A stretch of DNA of 43,569 nucleotides from positions 1 to 43,569 of the forward strand of contig CAZCNC010000001.1 in assembly GCA_964500715.1 (NCBI GenBank), written 5' to 3'. The position numbers and the translations under genes are program-made. Source of the DNA: an uncultured Candidatus Saccharibacteria bacterium (lineage in GTDB: Bacteria; Patescibacteriota; Minisyncoccia; Phycocordibacterales; UBA9973). Position 1 is the stretch's first letter; the number at the start of each line of letters is the position of its first letter. Below are positions 18,045 through 25,037 of this stretch, piece after piece. Under the pieces are notes generated by a model, which worked only from the letters and a program-made list of their open reading frames with translations, had not been told where the DNA came from and searched no databases.

Positions 18045-19541
18045 ATGACACCAAGAAGCAAAATAATTGCTAGGCCTCCCGTCGTATCAGTAATGGGACA
18101 CGTTGACCATGGCAAATCAACGCTTCTTGACTATGTTCGAAAATCAAACATTGTAGCTGGTGAATCTGGCGGAATTACTCAACATATTGCTGCCTATGAA
18201 GTGCTGCACGAAACAAAATCTGGAGATTTAAAAAAGATCACCTTCTTGGATACACCGGGACATGCTGCCTTTACTGCCATGCGTATTCGTGGGGCTTCGG
18301 CTGCGGACATTGCCATTCTTGTTGTTTCTGCAGAAGATGGAGTAAAAGCTCAGACTCTGGAAGCACTAAGCGCTATCAAGGAATCTGGTGTGCCATATAT
18401 TGTTGCAATAAATAAAATAGACAAACCAGGAGCAAACGTTGACCGCACAAAAAATACTTTGTTAGAAAACGGGATTTATCTTGAAAGTATGGGTGGTGAC
18501 GTGCCATGGATCGCCATCTCCGCAAAAACCGGAGAAGGAGTAGATGATTTGCTGGATTTAATACTGTTTGTTTCTGAATTTAACGACATGAAGGCAGACT
18601 TGGCTAAACCAGCAGAAGGAATAGTTCTAGAGTCTCACCGTGACCCTAAACGTGGGATTACAGCAACACTTATAATAAAAGATGGAACTTTAAAGAAGGG
18701 CTCTTTCATTGTAGCTGGTGAATCTATTGTAACAACACGTATTATGGAAAACTTTATGGGAAAAACCATAACAGAAAGTTATTGTTCTTCCCCTGTTAAT
18801 ATAGTTGGCTTTGACACTGTGCCTCCAGTTGGAGCAATTTTTGAAGTTTATGAAACAAAAAAAGAGGCAGAAAAAGCAGTAGAAGCCAATAGAGAAAAAT
18901 CTATAATTCATTCCAGACTTTCTGGTAAACAAAGTAGCTTCTCTATTCCTTTGATTATTAAAGCTGATGTTGTTGGCAGTATAGAAGCAATCGAAAAAGA
19001 AGTAGCCAAATTAAACAACGAAGAAAACGGTTTTCATGTAGTTTCTACTGGCGTAGGTAACGTTTCTGAAAATGATTTAAAGACAGCTATTGCTGACAAA
19101 GACACCATTATTGTTGGGTTCCATACAGGCATAGACCGTAAAGCAGAAGATGTGCGTGACCAAATGGGTGTTACTGTGATGCAGTTTGATATTATTTACA
19201 AACTTACAGAATGGTTAGAGACCGAACTTGAGAATCGTCGCCCACGTAAAGAAGTAGAAACAGTCAGTGGCCAAATGAAAATACTAAAATACTTTAGCCA
19301 AACAAAAGAGAAACAGGTTGTTGGTTGCCGTGTTGAAAGTGGTTCAATAAAACTTGGATCTAGTGTAAAAATACTTCGACGAGAAAATGAAATTGGTATG
19401 GGTAAAATTACAGAAATGCAACACAATAAAAGTAAAGCAAAGGAGGTTTTTGAAGGTGATGAATGTGGACTACAAATTGAAGCTAAAATTACTCTTGCCC
19501 CAGGAGATGTATTAATCGCTATCACAAAAGAGATAAAATAA
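18045..19541 (+). CDS. infB: Translation initiation factor IF-2, minimal form lacking the N-terminal region (498 aa)
   Basis: The protein begins essentially at the G domain ([29 protein letters not shown]), followed by domain II and the C1/C2 domains. Confidence 0.9.
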   Translation: MTPRSKIIARPPVVSVMGHVDHGKSTLLDYVRKSNIVAGESGGITQHIAAYEVLHETKSGDLKKITFLDTPGHAAFTAMRIRGASAADIAILVVSAEDGVKAQTLEALSAIKESGVPYIVAINKIDKPGANVDRTKNTLLENGIYLESMGGDVPWIAISAKTGEGVDDLLDLILFVSEFNDMKADLAKPAEGIVLESHRDPKRGITATLIIKDGTLKKGSFIVAGESIVTTRIMENFMGKTITESYCSSPVNIVGFDTVPPVGAIFEVYETKKEAEKAVEANREKSIIHSRLSGKQSSFSIPLIIKADVVGSIEAIEKEVAKLNNEENGFHVVSTGVGNVSENDLKTAIADKDTIIVGFHTGIDRKAEDVRDQMGVTVMQFDIIYKLTEWLETELENRRPRKEVETVSGQMKILKYFSQTKEKQVVGCRVESGSIKLGSSVKILRRENEIGMGKITEMQHNKSKAKEVFEGDECGLQIEAKITLAPGDVLIAITKEIK

Positions 19542-19542
19542 T

Positions 19543-19881
19543 ATGGCAGGCTTTAGAAATGACCAAGTATCCACACGAATTCGCGAAATTGTTTCCAAAT
19601 ATATAAGTCGGGAAACTAATGGTAAATCTTTAATTACCGTCACAACTGTGGACATGAATGACCGTGGTGATCATGCAAATATATTTTTTACAGTATTACC
19701 TGAAAGTGAAGAAAAGCCGGCATTAGATTTCTTAAAAAGAAAAAGAAGTGAGATAAGAAAAGAGATAATGAAAAACTTACCAATTGCCAGAATTCCTATT
19801 ATTGAAGTAATGATTGATAAAGGAGAAAAACTGGCTCGCAGAATTACTGAAATAGAGATACAAGAAAAAAACCAAGAATAA
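19543..19881 (+). CDS. rbfA: Ribosome-binding factor A
   Basis: Position directly after infB, size (112 aa) and the RbfA-like N-terminus R..RI.E.....I. Confidence 0.8.
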   Translation: MAGFRNDQVSTRIREIVSKYISRETNGKSLITVTTVDMNDRGDHANIFFTVLPESEEKPALDFLKRKRSEIRKEIMKNLPIARIPIIEVMIDKGEKLARRITEIEIQEKNQE

Positions 19882-19910
19882 ATCTTGTTTTTTTTCTTAA
19901 GTTTTATGGG

Positions 19911-19982
19911 AGGCCCAGGGCGGAATCGAACCGCCGTATAAGAGTTTTGCAGACTCTGACCTTACCACTTGGCGACTGGACC
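19911..19982 (-). tRNA. tRNA-Cys (anticodon GCA)
   Basis: Acceptor ggtccag/ctgggcc, loop ctGCAaa, T-arm ggcgg-ttcgatt-ccgcc, discriminator U, trailer CCCA. Confidence 0.85.
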
Positions 19983-19991
19983 AATATTGTG

Positions 19992-20074
19992 TGCCCAAGG
20001 TGGGACTCGAACCCACACGACCTTGCGATCTGAGGATTTTAAGTCCTCTATGTCTACCATTCCATCACTCGGGC
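19992..20074 (-). tRNA. tRNA-Leu (anticodon TAA)
   Basis: Acceptor gcccgag/cttgggc, loop ctTAAaa, long variable arm, T-arm gtggg-ttcgagt-cccac. Discriminator A is followed by CA. Confidence 0.85.
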
Positions 20075-20083
20075 AAAAGTGAC

Positions 20084-20168
20084 TGGTGCCGAGGAGAGGA
20101 CTTGAACCTCCATTCCTTGCGGAGCTGGTTCCTAAGACCAGTGCGTCTACCAATTTCGCCACCTCGGC
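20084..20168 (-). tRNA. tRNA-Leu (anticodon TAG), CCA encoded
   Basis: Acceptor gccgagg/cctcggc, loop ctTAGga, long variable arm, 3' end A-CCA. Confidence 0.85.
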
Positions 20169-20268
20169 ATAGAGATACTTTATACTATTTTCATAAAATA
20201 TTCAATAGCAGATTGATTTTTAAAGTTATTTATTATAAACTAGTTTAGTAAAATTTTTATTTTACTTT

Positions 20269-20291
20269 GCCCTGTTAGCTGTCTTGGTAGA
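20269..20291 (+). pseudogene. Degenerate copy of the first ~23 nt (acceptor 5' strand plus D-arm) of the downstream tRNA-Lys
   Basis: ttgccctgttagct is identical at 20267 and 20342, and tggtaga matches again 4 nt later (21 of 25 nt identical, offset 75 nt). No matching 3' acceptor strand follows. Confidence 0.6.
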
Positions 20292-20343
20292 TATACAGAT
20301 CAATGCAGAAGTACAGGTTAAAATATTTAGTGACATAGTTATT

Positions 20344-20416
20344 GCCCTGTTAGCTCAGCTGGTAGAGCAGCTCCCTCTTAAGGAGATGGTCGGGGGTTCG
20401 ATCCCCTCACGGGGCA
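20344..20416 (+). tRNA. tRNA-Lys (anticodon CTT)
   Basis: Acceptor gccctgt/acggggc, D-arm gctc-agctggta-gagc, loop ctCTTaa, T-arm ggggg-ttcgatc-ccctc. Discriminator A is followed by CA. Confidence 0.85.
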
Positions 20417-20424
20417 CAAAAATA

Positions 20425-20447
20425 AAAACCGCTTTAAAGCGGTTTTT
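20425..20447. terminator. Bidirectional intrinsic terminator between tRNA-Lys and the pilin-like array
   Basis: Hairpin aaaaaccgcttt/aaagcggttttt with A and T runs on both sides. Confidence 0.8.
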
Positions 20448-20454
20448 ATTTTGT

Positions 20455-20703
20455 CTAAGATCCAGCACGCAGGGTATCTATTAAAAAATTTAGAATACCG
20501 TATACTGCAAACATCACAAACAGTCCTATTAGACCCCACATCATGTGGCGAGTTCCCTTTTGTCTTGCTTCTTCACTAGAAGCATTCATAATCATTTCTA
20601 CAACACCCCAAACGAATATAAGTATAGCAACAATGAACATTAGCTTAATTAGCGGCTGTACAATGTTAGAAATAAGGGCACCAACGACACTGCCAGAAGT
20701 CAT
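20455..20703 (-). CDS. VirB2/TrbC-like two-helix hairpin protein P1 (82 aa from ATG 20703; start uncertain, TTG at 20748 possible)
   Basis: Core LIFVWGVVEMIMNASSEEARQKGTRHMMWGLIGLFVMFAVYGILNFL: hydrophobic helix, short charged loop, hydrophobic helix. It is paralogous to P2 and P4. Confidence 0.65.
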   Translation of the reverse strand: MTSGSVVGALISNIVQPLIKLMFIVAILIFVWGVVEMIMNASSEEARQKGTRHMMWGLIGLFVMFAVYGILNFLIDTLRAGS

Positions 20704-20717
20704 ATACAAAACGACTA

Positions 20718-21116
20718 TTAACAGTTTTGATCCTGTCCAGGAACACAAGGAAGAACAACAGAGTCAGATCCAGGTGTACCAGTACCAAGTGTACGACGTA
20801 CAATTCCGACCAATCCCCAAATTGTTGTAATAACAAACAAACCTAAGATACCATAAAGAATTGTGCCTTTTGCTTTTGACTTTGCTTCTTCAGATCCAGA
20901 AGCACCAGCCATAATAAATTGGACAACACCCCAAATGATCATTAGGATAGCAAGACCAACAAGCACGCGAATAACAAGGTTCATTAAACTTTGGCCAGTT
21001 GAAAGCACAGTAAACGCATTTTGGTTACCAGCATAAGCAGGACCAACGTTTACATTTTGAGCAAAAACTGCAACTGGAGCTAAGAAGCTAAATACTAGAG
21101 CAATAAATTTACGCAT
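20718..21116 (-). CDS. VirB2/TrbC-like pilin-type protein P2 (132 aa; signal peptide plus two-helix hairpin)
   Basis: Signal peptide MRKFIALVFSFLAPVAVFA|Q. Core LMIIWGVVQFIMAGASGSEEAKSKAKGTILYGILGLFVITTIWGLVG. The C-terminal tail has a Cys pair. The start is set at ATG 21116, because the tracked 21188 start adds a non-signal-like extension. Confidence 0.7.
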   Translation of the reverse strand: MRKFIALVFSFLAPVAVFAQNVNVGPAYAGNQNAFTVLSTGQSLMNLVIRVLVGLAILMIIWGVVQFIMAGASGSEEAKSKAKGTILYGILGLFVITTIWGLVGIVRRTLGTGTPGSDSVVLPCVPGQDQNC

Positions 21117-21152
21117 AATTAACAATAATTTGTTTCCTATTAATATGGATCC

Positions 21153-21182
21153 ATTATACCATAAGGCCAAAAATGGTGTAAA
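21153..21182 (-). promoter_or_regulatory. Internal promoter TTTACA-N18-(TGG)TATAAT ahead of P2/P1
   Basis: The minus strand reads tttaca ccatttttggccttatgg tataat, about 36 nt upstream of the P2 ATG. It lies in the only sizeable gap (about 90 nt) of the array. Confidence 0.5.
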
Positions 21183-21206
21183 GAACAAAAGGAATTCTGT
21201 GTATAA

Positions 21207-22172
21207 CTATTTGTTAGAAGCTCCCTCTTTTAGTGGAAAAGATTTTGTAATGTAATATTTGCCAGTATTTGAAGTAATGGAGTATTCTCCGGCACATTGA
21301 TAATTTACGCCTGAATCTGTGCCTATTTCTTTAGTTATAAGTTCATTGTTTAAAACACTTTTAATTTCTGTAAACCAACTAGTAGCACTGCCCCCGTGAC
21401 CATCTACACAGTGCATACCAACACCATCTACACCTGCAGTTGTTGTTAAATAATAGCTAATTAAACCTGGAGAAAAACTGTTAATTTTTAAAGTAATTTT
21501 TGAATTATCTAAAATATCAGTTGGGTTAATTGGATCACTTTCGTTTGGGTAAGAATTAAAACTTGAAGACCCACCGGTTGCGCCACCAGTGTTATTTGTA
21601 TTAGTCCCAGCTGTAGTATTCCCAGATGTCATGCCTCCGGTTGTTGTACCGGTTGTTGTGCCAGCAGAGCTAGAACCGCCCGTTGTACTGCCAGCAGTTA
21701 CGCTTCCAGCAGTGGTCGCCCCAGTAGAACTAGTCGTAGAAGTAGTTTTTTGCGTATTAACGCCGCTGTCTTTAGCAATGTTTGAAACAGTGTCTACTAA
21801 AACCGTAGCAATGAGTTGAGCTCCTAAAAGTATTGCTGCACCGATTAAAGTCCAAGTAAGAGTCTTGTGAGCTGTCTCAATGGCTTCTGGTCGCCCACGA
21901 GCTAATACATAAAGAAATCCAGAGTAAATTACCATCACTATAACAATAGGCAGTGCAATGTCTACTATAGTTTTTAGAATTGCGGACAGTATGTCTTTAA
22001 CATCCTTTTTACAATTTTGACCCTTTGAATCACAAAGTGGATTCTCAACAGCAACAGTTAATTCAAACTTATCTTGTGGAAGATCTTCAGCGTAAGCAAA
22101 GTTACTATTAAAAGCTAACCCGGGTGTTAAAACACTGGTGAACAGGAACAGAGTTAAAATAAGTTTCTTCAT
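21207..22172 (-). CDS. Pilin-hairpin fusion protein P3: signal peptide, Cys pair, two-helix hairpin, Thr/Gly/Ser-rich linker, ~115-aa Cys-bracketed C-terminal domain
   Basis: Signal peptide MKKLILTLFLFTSVLTPGLA, C47/C54, core LPIVIVMVIYSGFLYVLARGRPEAIETAHKTLTWTLIGAAILLG, linker at residues ~139-204, C255..NYQC293. Confidence 0.7.
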   Translation of the reverse strand: MKKLILTLFLFTSVLTPGLAFNSNFAYAEDLPQDKFELTVAVENPLCDSKGQNCKKDVKDILSAILKTIVDIALPIVIVMVIYSGFLYVLARGRPEAIETAHKTLTWTLIGAAILLGAQLIATVLVDTVSNIAKDSGVNTQKTTSTTSSTGATTAGSVTAGSTTGGSSSAGTTTGTTTGGMTSGNTTAGTNTNNTGGATGGSSSFNSYPNESDPINPTDILDNSKITLKINSFSPGLISYYLTTTAGVDGVGMHCVDGHGGSATSWFTEIKSVLNNELITKEIGTDSGVNYQCAGEYSITSNTGKYYITKSFPLKEGASNK

Positions 22173-22173
22173 A

Positions 22174-22734
22174 CTACTTCAAGTTTTGCACTTTTTCTTT
22201 TAATTGTACATATGGTGTTGTGTCATCTTTAAAATTAGACCCAAAACCGATTGTTCGACGAATAATTGCCACCAAGGCATAAACAGCAGTAATTGCAAAG
22301 AAACCGATTATACCCCAAAGTATAAAAGTTCGTCCTTTACTTTGAGCTTCTTCGCTGGCAGGATTACGCATCATTGTTGTGACTCCCCAAATAAATGAGA
22401 CTAAAGCCAAGGTGAAAATAAATGGCAGTACAGCTACACGAATACCACAACCAATGTAATCAACGTATCCATTTATGGTTTTACTTGCCAAATTACAAAC
22501 GCTGTTTGTGCTAGCATTTGAATTTACAGCCCCACTTACAGTGTATTGACCTTCGGTTCCCGATACCGCAGAACTATTTGTTATATTTGTATTTGAACTT
22601 CCGTCAAAACTGCTACTACCATTCCAGATAGTTGTGTTGCCCGTGGTTTCGTCTTGGTAGCCAGTAAATTGGGCATAACCAACAAATGGTACAATCATTA
22701 AACCTATAATTATAATTTTTGTTAAATATTTCAT
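22174..22734 (-). CDS. VirB2/TrbC-like pilin-type protein P4 with an S/T/N-rich N-terminal extension
   Basis: Signal peptide MKYLTKIIIIGLMIVPFVGYA|Q, an ~80-aa S/T/N/G-rich segment with a Cys pair, and core LVSFIWGVTTMMRNPASEEAQSKGRTFILWGIIGFFAITAVYALV. Confidence 0.7.
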   Translation of the reverse strand: MKYLTKIIIIGLMIVPFVGYAQFTGYQDETTGNTTIWNGSSSFDGSSNTNITNSSAVSGTEGQYTVSGAVNSNASTNSVCNLASKTINGYVDYIGCGIRVAVLPFIFTLALVSFIWGVTTMMRNPASEEAQSKGRTFILWGIIGFFAITAVYALVAIIRRTIGFGSNFKDDTTPYVQLKEKVQNLK

Positions 22735-22738
22735 AATA

Positions 22739-25036
22739 TTATGGGGTCGTTATAATAAATTGGAAGTTAACTTTTTGTTTTTGATATGTTGTACCGTTTA
22801 GTTCACAATTGTATTTTGTCCCCGGCTTTAGGCCTGGTATTGTGCTGGACACAGGAATAGCAATTGGCATTCTTATACCCAAAGCTTGAGGTGGCCAAAA
22901 CGCTTCTCCAGAATAATTACCAACAACATTTCTACAAGAATAATTAACACTGTTTTGTAATCTTGGAGAAGCCACAATTGTAAACGTTGCAAAACTACTA
23001 TTGGCAGATACATTTTCTGCAGCCAAGACAACAGGGCCAATATCTGTGGGGTCAATATAAATTGGTATACCCACAACAACAGAGCGAATTTGTGGAATTT
23101 TCTCTACAGTAAAGGCAGCGAAGCAGTTATATATTGAAGAGTGCATAAAACCAGATTTAGGATCTTGAGTTATAGGAATCGAAAAACCAGGACCAGCAGT
23201 GCCACCACGACCATTGTCTCCATAAACTTTTGACATACCGTTTATTGAACCAATTTCCCCGGAAACACTAACGGTTCTAACCCAGTTTGTTCCGGCTGCA
23301 ACGCCAGTAATACCACTACACGAAAGATTCATACGAGAATTATCCACAACGTCTCCGTTTGTTACTGGTATAAACATTGCATCAGGAATAAATTGTTTAA
23401 AGTTTGATGGTGAAAGATATGGGCCATTTGAATTTGGGTTTGTAGAGTTTAAAATTGGGTAGTTTGTATATACAATTCTTGGCGAACGTAGTGACACGTA
23501 GTAAGAAAGTTTTGATTCAGGGTTTTTAATTAGAGGTATAGGGTTAGTCGTAATATTAAAAATGGTTGATTGATTAGTAACAATTTGGGGTGGATATTCT
23601 GCCACTTGGGTCAATGTTTTACCACTAAGTCTACAAGAATAAAAAGAGTCCGGTCTTAACCCATAACCATTCCAAGCCACAGGCAACACTATGGGTGACG
23701 TAATTACCCCATTTGGATTTTGGTTTCTTTGAAAAGCCGTTGGGTCAAAAGAAACTTTTGCTCTAAAAATATGATTCGACCCATTTGAACTACACTCAAG
23801 AGTCAAATTAGGATCTATGTTTATACTACCGTTAAAATTAACAAGCACAGAAGTATTAGTATTAGTACTACCAACGCTAGCCATAAAAACAGTTGGGATA
23901 ATATTATTAGTATTTATGGCGGTAAAGATACCATTTATAGCAAAAATTTTTGGATTTATTTTTTGAGTAATTTTATCTACAGTATAAGCAGTAAACGTAC
24001 AATTGGCTTCAGTATTTTGTTTCAGACCAGCAAGAAAACCATTTGGAATTGCAAAATTTAGAACCTTTACCTCATTTGATTTTGAGCGATCAATGACTGC
24101 CCCCATTTCAGATAAAAGATAATTTTGTTTACCTTTTTCTTTACAATACAAAAAAACAGCGTCCGACCCCAGGGTTGATGCATTTTTATAATTAATAGTA
24201 ATAAAGTCTGTGCTAAATTTTGAAGAAACTACAGCAAAGTCCGGAGTTTCTGGAGAAATTCTTGGTGTGCGAAATTCCCCATCTGTTGCATCTGTAAGCT
24301 TGATTTGGCCTTCCATATTTTCCAGTGTACATTTGTAAGCAGTATCTTCGTCCAACTTTAAAACAATTGTTGTTACAGTGCTACCAGATGCAATAGAACC
24401 TTCTCCTTCTCTTCTGGTTTCTCCATCGTCAGTAAGACATGACATTCGAACTGCCATTTTGTATGGAGCCTTTGGGGTAATTGTAACTGTTGCCCGAGTA
24501 GCATCTGGTTTTTGAGAATTTACTACAATTGTTGCAGCATATTCGGTATGGGTAGTACTACTGCCTGCTCCACCAGATTGAGAAGTTGTATTTTGTGCAA
24601 TTACCACAGACCCAGCTGTGGCAGTATTAGCATTCCAGTTTAATGTTTTATCGGATAGACCTGCCCTGCCACGCGTAGTATCTACGCCTAGTGCTGTAAA
24701 AATAGTATAGACAATAAACCAAGCCCCCAGTATAAGAGCCAAGCCAATAAACATATTTTTAAATATTTTTTTTGCTTTAGATCGTCTTTCTTGATTGCCA
24801 CCACTGGTCATAAATAAAAAACCAGAATACGCAATTAGTAGTATCATGAATGGCAAAAGTATTGTCTGTAGAAAAAATTTAACTCCATTGTTAATTAAAA
24901 CAAATACATCATTAAACTTACACATTGCAGCACTTCCTTTGGCGCAAGGTATTCCAATTTCAGCAGAAACAGTTATTGGTAGTATGCTAACAACAAGAGC
25001 AAGAGTAATTAGTATGAGAAATTTTCTTAACTTCAT
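22739..25036 (-). CDS. Large surface protein P5: signal peptide, Cys pair, pilin-type hairpin, then a ~645-aa ectodomain of five Cys-bracketed FN3-like modules
   Basis: Signal peptide MKLRKFLILITLALVVSILPITVSA, C31/C39, core LLPFMILLIAYSGFLFMTSGGNQERRSKAKKIFKNMFIGLALILGAW. Cys pairs are 200/236, 298/346, 415/468, 573/638 and 701/744. FN3-like strings GLRPDSFYSCRLSGKT and GLKPGTKYNCELNGTT are present. Confidence 0.75.
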   Translation of the reverse strand: MKLRKFLILITLALVVSILPITVSAEIGIPCAKGSAAMCKFNDVFVLINNGVKFFLQTILLPFMILLIAYSGFLFMTSGGNQERRSKAKKIFKNMFIGLALILGAWFIVYTIFTALGVDTTRGRAGLSDKTLNWNANTATAGSVVIAQNTTSQSGGAGSSTTHTEYAATIVVNSQKPDATRATVTITPKAPYKMAVRMSCLTDDGETRREGEGSIASGSTVTTIVLKLDEDTAYKCTLENMEGQIKLTDATDGEFRTPRISPETPDFAVVSSKFSTDFITINYKNASTLGSDAVFLYCKEKGKQNYLLSEMGAVIDRSKSNEVKVLNFAIPNGFLAGLKQNTEANCTFTAYTVDKITQKINPKIFAINGIFTAINTNNIIPTVFMASVGSTNTNTSVLVNFNGSINIDPNLTLECSSNGSNHIFRAKVSFDPTAFQRNQNPNGVITSPIVLPVAWNGYGLRPDSFYSCRLSGKTLTQVAEYPPQIVTNQSTIFNITTNPIPLIKNPESKLSYYVSLRSPRIVYTNYPILNSTNPNSNGPYLSPSNFKQFIPDAMFIPVTNGDVVDNSRMNLSCSGITGVAAGTNWVRTVSVSGEIGSINGMSKVYGDNGRGGTAGPGFSIPITQDPKSGFMHSSIYNCFAAFTVEKIPQIRSVVVGIPIYIDPTDIGPVVLAAENVSANSSFATFTIVASPRLQNSVNYSCRNVVGNYSGEAFWPPQALGIRMPIAIPVSSTIPGLKPGTKYNCELNGTTYQKQKVNFQFIITTP

Positions 25037-25037
25037 A

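Noticed and set aside
19962-20484. Tracked ORFs 19962-20162, 19991-20248 and 20284-20484, plus 5283-5531 elsewhere.
   Set aside because: They lie directly on hand-folded tRNA genes (Cys, Leu, Leu, Lys; Leu-CAA) and have no coding features.
20704-21188. Longer starts for P1 (TTG 20748, overlapping the P2 3' end) and P2 (21188).
   Set aside because: The P2 extension (MFFTPFLALWYNGSILIGNKLLLI) precedes a textbook signal peptide that starts at Met25. The P1 TTG start is possible but unsupported. I kept the ATG at 20703 and flagged the uncertainty.
21589-21819. A 76-aa plus-strand ORF rich in Val/Pro.
   Set aside because: It is an antisense artefact of the Thr/Gly/Ser/Ala codon repeats in the P3 linker.
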